A stretch of 64,000 nucleotides of DNA from Eledone cirrhosa (GCA_964016885.1 OZ024741.1:293632001-293696000); one strand, 5' to 3'. Shown: positions 1 through 13,384, numbered from the stretch's first letter. The notes: generated by a model from the sequence alone, not told the origin. Numbers and translations are program-made.

Positions 1-200
1 CAAGGTAAAAAAGCACCCAGTACTCACTTTAAATGTGGTTGGTGTAGGAAGGGCATCCACCTGTAGAAATCAAGCCAAAATCAGTTCCTGTATGAGTAAG
101 ACATGGTTACCTGACCAGGCATTGCCCACAACAGGACAACCCATCTAACCCATGCTAGCATGGAAGAATGGACGTAAGACGGTGATGATGTTGATGATGA
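1..200 (+). mobile_element. 3' tail of RTE-related SINE/LINE ending in (GAT)n, then (TA)n
   Basis: aagcacccag...ggttggtgtaggaagggcatcc...catgctagcatggaagaatggacgt + gatgatg matches the 3' ends at 37930-38136 and 53570-53707. Confidence 0.8.
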
Positions 201-689
201 TATATATATATATATATAGGCACACACATTTTTTATAGCTAAGCAGCGAGCCTTGTTACTCTGGAGTTTCACCTGCACACTCGCATGATCATCAAAAAAG
301 AATACTTGTTCTCATGTCTGTGAATAACACTAGGATATATATATATACATTAACATTATTTAACCCTTAAAAAGTAGCCCCTGTTTCCTTCCTAATTTGT
401 ATTGAGTATTCATCTAAAACTGGTCTCTCTTACTCTTGTAATAATAAATACCAAGAAAATACACTCATACACAACCATATATTTACACACATACATAAAT
501 ATGTATACGCATGATGTTTCTTTGTTCTTCACATTCAACATCACAGGTGATGACATTTGTTTATGTTCCACATAAGCAGATCCTACTGTTCTGTGATTAT
601 ATGGCCAAAGACACGTACTTTACTTAGAAATCCAAACAAGTTCCTGTTTTTTCTGGAAAAAAAAAGTTAGAGTACAAACAAGAACACAA

Positions 690-1900
690 ACATATTTAGA
701 AATGGAAATACTTCAAACACCTACAGCACAAAAACAAACAGAAAAACAGCAAACTACATAATTATAAACAATAAAATAAAACAATAGAAAAAAAGAAAAT
801 AATATCAAAATATAGAAATAACTGAAAAACAGCAAATAACTTCATAGCCACAAACAACAGCAAAATAAAAACCAGCAAAAAAAAAAAACAGCAAAAAAAA
901 AACCCCAGCAAAATATTCAAGTATTCCAAACAACACTACAAAAACCAGAAAAAATAAATACATTAAACTAAAAAAAACGACAGAAAAATATTAAATTTCT
1001 CCAAACAACACAAAAAAGCAAAATATCAAAGAACTTTTCTAGAAAAACAACTGAACAACAAAAAATTTTATAAACTACAAACGAAATCAAAAACATAAAG
1101 AAATTTCAAACATGACAACTACAAACAATAATGACAATAAAAAAAAAACAGCAAACAGAGCCCCAAAATACCTACTGACAGCTGATAAAATTGCTGGAAA
1201 GAAACAAAAAAAAAAAAAACTAGGATTCAACAATAAGATAAACACTAAAACTGAAAACACAAACAAAAAAAAAAATCTAAAAAATGGTATTTGTTGTTGT
1301 TTGGTTTAATCTAAGTAAAGACATCCAACTTAAAAAAAATGTGTTTAGAACCAATCAGTAAAGTTTGGTTTATTTAGTCACTTACTCTTGTATCCTTTCT
1401 GATTTTCTTACATTCCTGGCACCAATCACTGGTTTTAGCTGCAAGGAATAAAATTTGGTAGCAGAATTTTGTTTGTTGTCAATACACTAGTTGTTTTTAT
1501 TACTTTATTTTCTTTTGGTTGTAGTGGTGGTTGTTGCTGTTGTGGTCGTAGTGGTTGTGGGTATTATGGTTGCTGTGATTGTGATGGTTGTAGTGGTGTT
1601 TGTTGTTGTGGTAGTGGTTGGTGTTGATTGTTGTAGTGATGGTTGTTGTAGTTATGATTGTTGTGGTGGTTGTTGTGGTTATTGTTGTGGTTGTTTCTGT
1701 TGTGGGTGTAGTGGTGGTTATTGTTGTTGTGATAGTGGGTGTTGTTGTGCTAGTTATAGGTGTTTTGGTTGTAGTTGTTGTGGCTGTTGTTGTGATTCTT
1801 ATTGTTGTCATTGTTGATGTGGATGTTGTGTCTGTTGTGGATGTTGTGTCTGTTGTTGCTGGTGTGGTTGCTGTTGTTCTGGTGTTTTTTTCATTTTTTT
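690..1900. repeat. Low-complexity A/C-rich tract (690-1290) and (GTT/GGT)n-like tract (1490-1900)
   Basis: Degenerate trinucleotide runs; poly-V/poly-T/poly-C ORFs here are artefacts. Confidence 0.85.
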
Positions 1901-2164
1901 TCATTGATGCTTGAAAGATATTTTTAACAACACAAACTAATTTCACTTATGAAATATATGTCATCTTTATCATCATCACTACCATCATCATCATTATCAT
2001 CACTATTGTCATCCTTTTTGCATCAACTTTTACCTGCTTCAACCACTTTGCTCTTCTGCTAGGTTGGCCCAGTGACCCACCCCTGATTTATGTGGTTTAG
2101 TGATCTGCAAGAAATAACAACCTAATTACTCTCACATTTAATCCAATCCAGCACCTTCTTGTGG

Positions 2165-2470
2165 CAGGAACTCCTCCCTGGTTGACCTCCACCCCTTTTG
2201 GTTGTGGTCATGTTTCAGGGGTGTTGCTGTATTCACCCTTCTTGGCCAATTGCAGATTGGTGAGGCTATTTAATCCATAGTTGTGGTGGATGCCTATTGA
2301 ATCTGAGGAGTTCATCCACCCTTTTAACAGCTCTTGTTTTTTGTGCTGCTGGAGCTCCACCTCCCCTCCTCACCAAACCAGGTTCTGATGGAGAAGTGGG
2401 CTTAGTTGCTTACCACCTGGAAGCAGGTTGTACTGGGTTACATGATACCAGTAGCAGGAAGAAACCTGAC
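2165..2470. repeat. Unclassified dispersed repeat, second copy at ~13490-13800
   Basis: Shared blocks aactcctccctggttgacctc, cccttttaacagctcttgttttt and gaagcaggttgtactgggttacatg. Confidence 0.7.
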
Positions 2471-3180
2471 CTAACATTAACATTCTCACATCACACCCTA
2501 GAAAATAAAGACACATTTTGTAATGCAGTATTGTGTGTAGTGTGCCTAGGAAAAGTGATGTTCATGGTTGGAATGACTTTGCTCATAGAGGTCAGCTTGA
2601 TCATGGCTTACATGGCTAATGTGGAGTTAAAGACCAACAAGAGAGAAATTCTGTGTCTAGATATAGCTGTAACCCTTGCACATCACATGGGGCATTAACT
2701 ACAACTGTACATATAACATCAGACATATCCATGATATACACACACATACATACACACACACAAACATACATGTACAGGCACACACACTAACATGCACATA
2801 CATGTACTCACACATATGCACATACACACACATATACACTCAAAACCACACGCAATTCCAATGTTTCTAAGAAAAATCTTTCGATTGAATTGAAAATTCA
2901 AATAACAAAAGTTGCCTCAAGATATTTTTTTGTGTTGAAGTAGTTAAATACACACAGTGACAGTATATGGAGTGGTTTGATCCAGCAAACGGTATTGTTC
3001 TATATAGTACTAACACACTCAACATACTTCTATCACCATAAAACAGTACCAGCCAGACATTCTTACACTTCACCAGAAATTAAAAAGAAAATTATAAAAA
3101 TAGTAAACATGAGCAAACAGAAGCAAAGAATTTATAGAAAACTAAACTTTACAATTCTACTCTATGTATGAATGTATGTA

Positions 3181-3246
<66 letters not shown>

Positions 3247-3382
3247 AGCGTGGAAAAGCGTGTGTGTGTGAGCGTGGAAAAGCGTGTGTGTGTGAGCGTG
3301 GAAAAGCGGACGTAAAAACCATGATGATGAAAATTAAAAATTCAAATAAATGTTACCGCAAGGTATTTTTTCTCTTCAAGCA

Positions 3383-3426
<44 letters not shown>

Positions 3427-3927
3427 TACAAAACATAAAAGTATAAAAATAAACAAAATATAAAAAAGAAACTGTTGCTAAGAAAGTACTCTACACCATA
3501 TATACACTAGAAATCAATTATAAAAGAACTGGTGTGCTGGGGTTGAGTATAGAATTGACTAGGTAGGTGGCTAGCTCTCAGAAGTGGATGGGGTTGTGTT
3601 ACTTTCTGAAGTGGATTGGGATGTAGAGCTGTCTGAAGTGGCTAAGGTATGGAGCAGTGGCTGGAATGAGTTGCATATTCCAGTTCTGATCAGCTCAGTT
3701 GTTGACATGTGTATGTATACAAGAACTTCTGGAAAGAAGAGGAAATGTGTGATGTCTGAATGAGGATCCTCCACCTCCAACTAATTTACCCTCCATCTCT
3801 GGGTCCCGGCCAACAGGATGGAGAATACATTGCCCCGGTGGACGGTGAGGGACGCGTTGATTAATAAACTCCTTATTTACACTTAATGCAAATTAATCAT
3901 GTTGTCAGTGAGTGTAGACAAAGTAAC

Positions 3928-4121
3928 AATAATTGTTTCTACGTTTGGCACAAGGCCAGCAATTACCCAGTGCATTACTGGTGCTTTATTTTATCGACCC
4001 CGTAAGGATGAAAGGCAAGGTTAACCTTGGCGGGATTTGAACTCAGAATGGCAAGGGCCGTAACTCTATATGTCAAAGTATGGCGTCCGACCCTCTACCG
4101 ATACTGCCAATCCACAGCCCT
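3928..4121 (-). mobile_element. SINE family B (tRNA-like head, Meta-domain-like core, ATT tail)
   Basis: Reverse complement of gagttcaaatcc (B box), gcctttcatccttacggggtcgataaaataaagtaccag and cttgtgcc..aagtagaaacaattatt; Meta-domain assignment is from memory of the consensus. Confidence 0.85.
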
Positions 4122-4327
4122 ACAAATAACAATAATGATAGCCAGAAACATAGATAGGAAGTTCTTTAACATATTTCTAATGAAAGAAATGACTGTTTTT
4201 CAAATCTAAACTATAATGAAGTAAGAAGCGTGGGACTGCGTACGGTTTATAATTTTTTGTCCCCTTAGTAAAATAAGTTGGATTACTTTGAATAAATATT
4301 ACATAATTTATCTACTAAATTTCGTGG

Positions 4328-4332
<5 letters not shown>

Positions 4333-4358
<26 letters not shown>

Positions 4359-4709
4359 CCGTTTAACGTCCATGTTCCACGCTTGCATGGGTTTGGACGG
4401 GAGTTTTCCCACTTGAGGCAAGAGTGGTTGTCTTGCTCGCATAGGACTGTCTGGCGGGTGTTCTACAGCTGGATGCCCTTCCTAACACCAACCACATTTA
4501 CAGTGTGGGACTGGGAGGTTTTTACCGTGTTGCCTACACGGCCACATTACAGAGTGGACTGTGTGTTTTTTTTGTTGTGACACCTACACGATCTCATTTG
4601 TTTCGGCCTGGATGTTGTGGCACCAAGATAACTTTACATTGAAAGGGGCGGTGTGGATGGGGTGGTGGTGGTGGGACGGGGGTGTATTTTGTTAGAGATG
4701 CCTACTGAC
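4333..4709 (-). mobile_element. RTE LINE 3' UTR fragment inserted in the Helitron
   Basis: Highly similar to 58335-58770; (CAT)n tail; absent from the Helitron copy at 46.6 kb. Confidence 0.85.
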
Positions 4710-5109
4710 TAAATATATTTTATTACTCATTTAAAGATTCACTTCTTTAAAATTTTCAAATGTCAACACTTCCAGTTAGTGATCATTTAAATAAATATTC
4801 ATATATTTCTGTCACTAATTTTCTCCTAAATCAGTTTATATATAATATTGTCTTTTTTTAATGTATCATGGTTTATGTTACTGATTACATAAGACAGTGT
4901 AACGCAGTCTTCGTTCAATTTCTGTGTATATTGTCAATTACGATTTTATTTGATTCTATCTACATGCATATATACTTGCATATCATCTTTTTTTAATGTA
5001 TCATGGATTACGTTACGGATTACATAAGAGAGTGTAACAGTTTTCGTTCAATTTCTGTGTATATTGTCAATTAGGGTTTTATTTGATGTATCATATCTAC
5101 ATGCATATA

Positions 5110-5316
5110 TCATCATCATCATCATCACCGTTTTACGTCCGTTCTTCCATGCTAGCATAGGTTAGACGGGTTGTCCTGTTGTGGGCAGTGTCTGGTCAGC
5201 TGACCTTGTCTTGCTCATACGGGAACTGATTCTGGCTTGATTTCTACAGCTGGATGCCCTCCCTAACACCAACCTCATTTACAGTGAGTGCTGGGTGCTT
5301 TTTTTCCCGTGGCACC
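5110..5316 (-). mobile_element. RTE-type SINE/LINE tail inserted in the Helitron
   Basis: (CAT)n + ttttacgtcc...ctggatgccct.cctaacaccaacc. Confidence 0.8.
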
Positions 5317-5508
5317 TGCATATAATATCAATATACACACTACACCTGCTAGCAGAAAACCACCCGAAGAGTGGTTTTTCTGCTAGTATTTCTAATGAAA
5401 GAAATGACTGTTTTTCAAATCATTTAGTAAATGCTCAATTTGAAAGGATTTGTATTAACTTTCTCATTATTTAGTAGGTTCTTGGAATGTAGATTTATTC
5501 TTTCAATA

Positions 5509-6248
5509 TACAACTGTCAGCAGAAAAGTTTGTAGGCTGACCAAGATACTCTCATGGTATGTGACCAAATGAGGTTTATTTTTCAACGTAGTCCCTCTTG
5601 CATTCCACACACTTCTCTTCCATCACTGATGCAGTGTTTGGGTCCTATTGGTGAAAAAGCTTTCATCCTGTTGATCATAAAAAGTCATCAACAGCATATA
5701 TGATGTCATCATCATTGTGATACTGATACCAGCCAAGTGTTTTTTTTATGTTGGGGAACAGATGATAGTCAGATGGGGCCAAATCAAGAGAATAGGGAGA
5801 GTGATCAACCAATTCAAAACCACAGTTATGCACTACAGCCATTGAACCCAAGGACTTGTGGGCTGGAGCATTGTCCTGATGAAACAAGATAACTTTTGTC
5901 AGTTTTCCTGGATGTTTGGTCTTGATAGCCTTTCATAACTGCCTCAGCAAGTAATCCTAGTACTCTCCATTGTTGGTGTGACTCTTTTGAAGATAAACAC
6001 AATGCCTTTTGCATTTAAAAAATCTGAGGCCATCACCTTCCCTGCAAATAAAACAACGTTGACCTTTTTAGATGTCCTTAATGTAGCAACCATGTCAGCT
6101 AAACCCGTTGTCTGCAGGTACTTGATAACACCACAATGCTTTTGAAATCTTCTTTCAACCATCACTTGCCAGTTATTAATAAGAAGATTTCACAGCCCTA
6201 TCATCATTTCTCATAATCAGCCTATTGACTTTTCAGTCCACCATCATA
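5509..6248 (-). mobile_element. Degenerate, internally deleted mariner transposon
   Basis: ORF 5675-5887 contains HQDNAPAH and HSPYSLDLAPSDYHLF (mariner YSPDLAPxD motif); GKVMAS-F..KGIV upstream; decayed TIRs gaaaagtt.gtaggctga / tcagcctattgacttttc. Confidence 0.85.
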
Positions 6249-6689
6249 TTTAATGAAATATGCTGTATTTGAATTAATGAAGAATTTAGAGGGATTTACA
6301 CAAATTATCAATTACTTCATAATTAAGATGGTATTTGTTACACAACTTATCCTCCAAATCAAATGAATTCTCACTATTCAACATTGTCTCTGTTTGCAAT
6401 GTGACCAAAAGAGAGACACGAAGAGAAATTGCTGGCAGATGAACTAGTGTGAGAGGGTGAAAGAAATGACAGGTGACAGTGCTGGAAGGAATGAGAGAGG
6501 AAAGAAAGTAATAGCACAAGTAATGGAAGAGAGACAGTGATGGCAACTATGTATATATTGGTGGGAGAGTGCATGAAATGGATGGTAATAGAGCTGGCTG
6601 ATAGTAAGAAAAATTGATGGATATCAATAACATGTGGTGCGGGGGAGAAGGAATGCTGGCTATTAGTATATTGGGGTGATGTAAAGACC

Positions 6690-7410
6690 ATGCGTCTATA
6701 CAAATCTGATTCCATACATGAGTGTCACGGTGAGAGAATTACAACAATATGTTTAATGGGAAGGAATAATGAATATAGACAGAGACAATGCTATCCTTTG
6801 TTACACAAGTGGTATGGTATATTGAAAATGATAATGAGTGAAAGTCAGTGTGTGCCATCTCTATCAACTTTTACCTTTCTCTTGGACAACACTGGTGGTG
6901 TGGAAAGTAGAAACTTACATACATGGATGACCACTGGTCTTCTATAAAAAAGGTTGCCCTGTCCTGCACATGGCGAGGAATTTATAAATGTAGATTCTGG
7001 ATCTTATGAGACCAACAAAGGATCTAAAGAAAGAAATATGTGAAAGGTATATTGTATGATGCTTGTGTATGTAGTATAAGGTTGTATGGTTGTAGGATGT
7101 AGATATTGACTGCTGAGGCTATGTGAAGGTTAGAAAGAAATGAATCAAGAAGGCTGTTCATGAACAATAAAGCGCTGGTATGGTCACATAATTTGTATGG
7201 ATGATCATTAGGGGAAGAAGCAGCAGGAATTCTAAGTAAAAGGAAGCTGTGGAGAGAAAGATCAAGGGAGACACAGGTAGAAGTCGTGAAACATGAAGCC
7301 CGCAAAGGTGATAAAAGAAAGGAACAAATGGAGAGAATCTGCATTAGGAAGGATTCATCTAACCCATGCAAGCATGAAATAGTAGATATACAAATGATGA
7401 TGATGATTAA
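6690..7410 (+). mobile_element. Old, heavily decayed RTE LINE fragment
   Basis: ttgtatgatgcttgtgta (LYDAC), gttagaaagaaatgaa (LERNE) and (GAT)n tail resemble the younger RTE copies. Confidence 0.55.
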
Positions 7411-9169
7411 CACCACAATAAAATGTACCCAGCCCATTCTGTAAAGTGTTACTGCTGATATCATGATAAAATGCACCCAGTACATGGTGTCAGGTTTTGG
7501 TATTAGTAAGGGTATCCAGAAGTAGAATCCATGCCAAAATGAAACATGAATTATATGTCAGATCTCAATGTGACAAATTTTCTGATCCATACAAGCATGG
7601 AAAAAGATTGTAAAGTGGTGATCATCATGATTATATATATATATATATATCATCATCACTGTTTTACGTCCATTTTTCCATGCTGGCATGGGTTAGACGA
7701 GTTGCTCTATTGTGGGCAATGCTAGGTCAGGTGACACTTACATGACCACTTTACAGTGTGGGGTGGGCACTTGTTACTGTGTTACAGTATGGGTTGGGTG
7801 CTTCACTGGATATATATATATATATATATTCATACACATTACTTTTAAAATATCTATACTGTAATTTCTTCAAAGTGTCAAGTACTAAGTTGATTAATGG
7901 TCTTATTAGTCTCAGTTAGTAACATCTTTTATGTGTATTTATATATATATATATCAGGAAAGATGGAGTTAAATAATGATGATAGATATAGGTATCATTT
8001 TTTTATATCCCTTGTATGTATGTGTGTCTGTGTGTGTGTGTGTATATATAGTCACAGAGAGACAAGTACATCACTCCTCCTCCACTACCATCACCAACAA
8101 ATCAACCATTAACACTTTAATAAAAACAATCCTTCTGCTATGTCTGTCAAGCCTTTACCTCCTCTGAGATGTCTTCTGTCATTTAAGCAGAAAATATAGT
8201 GGCAATGTTGTTGTTGCTTGGGCTAATGTTTTTTTGTTGTTTCTAGTTGTTGCTGTTGTGTTTTTTTTTCTGTTCTTTGTAGTTGGAAAGTTTCTGATGT
8301 ATTTGTTTATCTTGTTACAGTTTTTGTTGTTTGTGTTGTTGCTGATCTCTTGTGTGGTTGGGTGGTGGCTCTGGTGTTGGTGGTTATGCTGGTAGTAGTG
8401 GGGTGTTGTTGTAGCTAAATGGTTATGGTGGTGACACAGATGATTGTGATGATGGTGGTGATAGTGGTGGTGGTGTTGTTAAATGGTTATGGTCGTGAAA
8501 TGGATGGTTTTGATGATGTTTCTCTTGTTGTTGTTAAATGGTTCTGGTGGTAGTCTGATGATTGCAGTAGTGGTGGTGTTAAGTGTCTATATTGGTAGTT
8601 ATGGTGGTACTTTCTTTGTTACTTGTGGTTGTTGTAGTGGTCGTGGTGTTAATTGTAGATGTTTGGTGATTTGAAAAGGCTCCAGAATAATTAAATTTAT
8701 TTCTTATTTATCAGCTTGTAAAAGCAATGTCTGCCTGAAAATAAAAAGCCCTACTTATCACCTCCTCTGGCTACTACTACCATCACTACTACCACTTCTG
8801 TGTGTATATGTTTGTGTGTGTGTATGCATATGTTGGTGTATGCCTACATATATGTGTGTGGGTCACTTTTACTTCTCATTGGACAACAGATATTCACCAA
8901 TCACAAACCACCAATGTTTTAGTGTTCAGTCAAGCTTCAGAAGTTCTGCTTTGTACAACTCTAATATAGAAATACTTATGTTATGTAGTAATTAGGTAGG
9001 CAATGGAACTTTAGTAGCAAAAATTACTTTATATTTAAGTGTTATTCTTTTAAGAACAGTAGCAGCACTAATAACATGAACAATAGCAACAACATTTCTA
9101 AGTGGTCGCTTGAACTGCTAGAAATAGCACTCTAACTTTTCCTATTACACCTGACTTTCTATAATAAGG

Positions 9170-9985
9170 AATTCAAGTTTGTTTGTGTTTTATTCATCTT
9201 GGGGTTGATAAAATAAAGTTGTTTCTACTTTTGGCACAAGGCCAGTAATTATCCTAGTGCATTACTGGTGCTTTATTTTATCAACACTGTAAGGATGAAA
9301 GGCTAAGCTAACCTCGGCGGGATTTGAACTCAGACTGTAAAGTGGCATAACTCTATGCTGCAAAGCATGGCAACCGACCCTCTACTGATATGGCCGATTT
9401 CATAAAATAAAGTACTGGGGTTGATTTAATCCACTTTTACCTTCCCCAAATTGCTAGACTTGTGTCAATTTTAGAAATTATTATTATTACTTATATTTAA
9501 AGGTTCATTTTCCTTTTCATCATTACGGCATCAATAAAATAAAGTACCAGCAATGCACTTGGGTTGATTAAATCGACTTCCCCTCCCCGCAAAATGATAG
9601 CCCTTCAGCCTATATCAAAATTCATTATTACTTCTGAGTTCAAATCCCGCCGAGGTTCACTTTGCCTTTCATCCTTACGGGGTCGATAAAATAAAGTACC
9701 AGTAATTGCTGGCCTTGTGCCTAAAGTAGAAACAATTATTACTATTATTTAAAGGTTGGTGGATTGTCAGTATCAGTAGATCATCAAACAACATGTTTTC
9801 CGGTATTCATGTTAGTACAACTTTCTTCATTCTGAGTTCAAATCCCTCAGAGCTCAATTTCACCTTTCATCCTTCTGGGTTCAGTAGAATAAAGTACCAG
9901 TTAAGCACTGTAATTAATTCATTTGACTTACCACTCTCTCTGAAGTATCTGGCCTTCCTTGTATCAATGTTATAAAGAATTATTT
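9170..9985. mobile_element. Cluster of nested/tandem SINE B copies
   Basis: Repeated gataaaataaagtacc / cctttcatcctt motifs on both strands. Confidence 0.8.
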
Positions 9986-10075
9986 TTAATTATAAAAATC
10001 ATGTTTCAATGTTTCGTGTGTATTCCAGTGCTAGAATAATAACACAGCATTTCATAATGTTGTAAGAAGCAACTT

Positions 10076-10289
10076 TAGCTCTTTCATGACCGCATTTCTA
10101 ATGAAATACACTCTATTTTAATTAATTTATGAATCATTTTGAGGGATTTACTAAAATTATTAACCAATTCATTACCAAGATAGTAACGTAATTTAAGGTT
10201 CTTACATAAAATTATGCTAGAAGACTTTAATTTAAATTGGAAACCTTTAAAATGGGCCAGTTTTGGCTGGATTGATAACTAAAGAGTTA
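10076..10289. mobile_element. TTAA-type (piggyBac-like) MITE, decayed
   Basis: Homologous to 25547-25774 (gcatttc..atgaaatacact, ttttgagggattta, aattggaaacctt). Confidence 0.6.
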
Positions 10290-11463
10290 TCGGTTTTGTT
10301 GATGAGAGGAAGGATATCCGTTCATAAAACATTGCCCGAAAGAGTTTTGTCAAAGCAATGCCACCATGTAAAAGTGAATATGAATATGCTGATAATGAAT
10401 AAAGGACAAACAAACCAACAAATAAATCAATCAATTTGATTTATTTTCTGTGCAATATTAACGAATCACTCAGAAGTTAAATATTTAATATAGATGTATT
10501 AGTTATTGGTGTTGTTGCCATTGTCCTTTTCCTCCTCCTTCTTTGCATTATTATTATTATTATTGTTATTATTATTATTATTATTATTGATCAATAAGAT
10601 TCTGAGGCAAAATTTTAACATCTCAAAAATGATTAAGGTGAATCCGTGGTGATTCCACAGTATTTTCTATTCATCTCTATATTTATCTATTTACATGCTT
10701 CGTATTAACCACTCATCATTTAGTTTAACACTGAAATAGAAGTTAACTTGCTTAAATTTTGACATATTAGATAAATGGTGTATAGAAAAATTAAATCAAC
10801 CTTTGCAAATAATTTCCAAAGGATTTGTTTGTTTGTTTTCTTATTTTGCTTTCATTTGCTGGAAATCCTAAGGATTCTCTTAGTAAAAACAAGAATAGCT
10901 AAAGTAATCTAAAATGTAATGCAAAATATTTTAGATATATATAATATAAAATGCTATTCAATATTTTCCCAGGCAGTTTCATATATAAGTATGGTTTTAT
11001 TTTCAAGTTTGATTGCTTTAAAAATAAAAATTTCTCACTAGAAGAAATTTGAAAGAAGAATTTCAAGATCTCTGATAAAACTCTATTTACTTTTAAATAA
11101 ATATTCTAAATATCCTTTAAACTCTATGGCAACATAGTTGTATATATTGAGTTAAATATTATTTGAAATCTCAACAGAAAAGTTTGACAGCAATGAAATC
11201 ATTGTTATTATTAAGGGTGGAAGATTAAGAGAATCATTAGAGTTTTGAACAAAATACCTCCCAATGTTTATTTAAATCACTTTACATTTGAAATTCAACC
11301 CAACCATAGTCATCTTGGCCTTTCATAAAAATAAAGTATGAGTTAAGTAAAGGGATTAATCTAATTAACTAACCCTTCTCCAAAAATGTTTTGGCTTGTA
11401 CACTGGATTGGCAAAATTGTTAGACCATCAGGCAAAATACTTTGCCATATTTATTCTAAATTC

Positions 11464-11685
11464 AGGGCAGCGGATTGGCAGTATCAGTAGGATGTCGGAC
11501 AACATGCTTTGCAACATATAGTTACATCCATTTATGTTCTGAGTTCAAATCCAGCTGAGGCTAGCTTTGCCTTTCATCCTTATGGGATTGATAAAATAAA
11601 GTACCAGTAATGCACTGGGGTCAATTCAATCAACCTTTCCCTCTCTCCAAATTGTTAACCTTGTGCCTAAGCCAGAAACCATTAT
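11464..11685 (+). mobile_element. SINE family B, near full length
   Basis: gggcagcggattggcagtatc head, gagttcaaatcc, core domain, gaaaccattatt tail. Confidence 0.85.
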
Positions 11686-13153
11686 TCTTTGGTACTTTTG
11701 TAATTCTGTTGGTTCTGTACAATGAACATCAGATCATAACCTACATCTTCAGATATTCAGCACATATCTTAAAGTTGTAGCTGATATGACTGAAATATTT
11801 TTGTATCAACTTTGTTTGCCTTGACAGAAAAAATACAGTTTGTTTTTGAACATTGTTTTCTGTTTACATATGCTATAAACAGTGTTTGCTAGAAATACAA
11901 GAAGATTTTGTCTTACGAGAAAAATAAAGAAGAACTTACCTAGCTGATGATAAAGAACTACAGCCTTCCTCCATATCAAAAATATTTTCACACAAATTTA
12001 TGAAGTCCTAGAGCAACGTGAAATGAAGTGTTCTGCTCAAGAAAACATTGTGTTACCCTGTACAGAAATCCACATCATAACATTGGATCATACATTCAAC
12101 ACCATAACCACTAAGCTACACACCTTCCCTACAAATGGATAAACTAATGAACTGATTGGAAACAACAATACTATTATGAGTAATAAATGATTAAGCTTCA
12201 GAAAGCTTGAACAATGCAGTAGAAATATATAAAGGGCAAAGGATGTCAAATAAAACAAAACAAAGCAATGTATATTTTAACATAATATTTCAGGGCTATT
12301 ACATTTGAAAAGTGGGTATATCATGTTCAAATATACTGGGTAACATATTACTTTGTTTTGTTTTATCATCCTTTGTCCTTTATATATTTCTACTGCACTG
12401 TACCAGATTGCTGAAACTTAGTCATTTGATATATACTGCACAATGCTTCATATTAACTATACTATTATGAGTATTTCAGCAAATTACAAAGAATGTTTAG
12501 GGATAGGTTGGCTCCCAGATAAAAATGTGGAAAGAGAGGTGTGTTACAAGGGACAGTACTTTCTTGTGGGGCAACAAATGCAGGTGCAGGCAAAAATGAC
12601 GGTAACATATCTCTGTATTGCTAAACTTGGAGAGAGTTTTCACATGCTTTGAGAATATCAAATTGTGTGTAAATGGAAACAAAATCAGAGTGGAGGTCCA
12701 CATGACAGTAGTCTTAAACTAGATAATAATGAATAGTAGGTATTAGACGAAAACATATTAAAATTCAAGTTACAACTTAATTTAGTGTGAATGAAATCCA
12801 AGGAAACATAAGATTTTAAGCTCAGAATAGTAAAAGATTGAACATTTTATTTTGTTTTTTGCTATACATAAACAAACGTCAACTATATTTTATAAAATAA
12901 GTTATATATTGATGGATTAAATGCCATAAGTGAGAGGAAAAGTAAGGAATATTTGGCCATGGTAGTGAGGGGGATGGAGAGAGGGGAACAGGCTCTATGC
13001 CTAGGGCTGGGCAGTGTTTCAGTTAGAAATTAATTGAAATGTGAAATTCAGAGGTGTATGTAATTGGAAGTAACAGAGGAACATTAGTGATATAGAAGCT
13101 TGTTTCAGAGGAAGATACAAGCAATAGTTTAGAGGGAACTGTTGATACTTTAA

Positions 13154-13384
13154 CCCATTGATACCTGCCTGATTGAAACTGTCCCTAGTGACATGATACA
13201 ATGACTGTCAATTTAAAAGTATTTTATTTCAATATAATAATTGTTCTCAAAATTATACATGAGAAATTTCTGTTAAGTTATATCCTAAACTGTTAAGTTA
13301 TATCCTAAACTGTTAAGTTATATCCTAAAAATTTAACTGAAATGCATTGACAGTGTATTTATTAGAAATACAATCATGAAAGGG
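13154..13384. mobile_element. TTAA-flanked CCC...GGG MITE with internal 20-bp triplication
   Basis: ttaa|cccattga...tgaaaggg|ttaa; (ctgttaagttatatcctaaa)x3 at 13270-13329. Confidence 0.65.

Larger units (their letters stand above)
4205..5386 (+). mobile_element. Non-autonomous Helitron with two nested retroelement tails
   Basis: A|TCtaaactataat 5' end; 3' hairpin ctagcagaaaaccac..gtggtttttctgCTAG|T; homologous copies at 26555-26936 and 46283-46916. Confidence 0.8.

Noticed and set aside
1491-1946. Cys/Val/Thr-rich ORFs resembling metallothionein or mucin
   Set aside because: All frames are open because of degenerate (GTT)n repeats; no coding evidence
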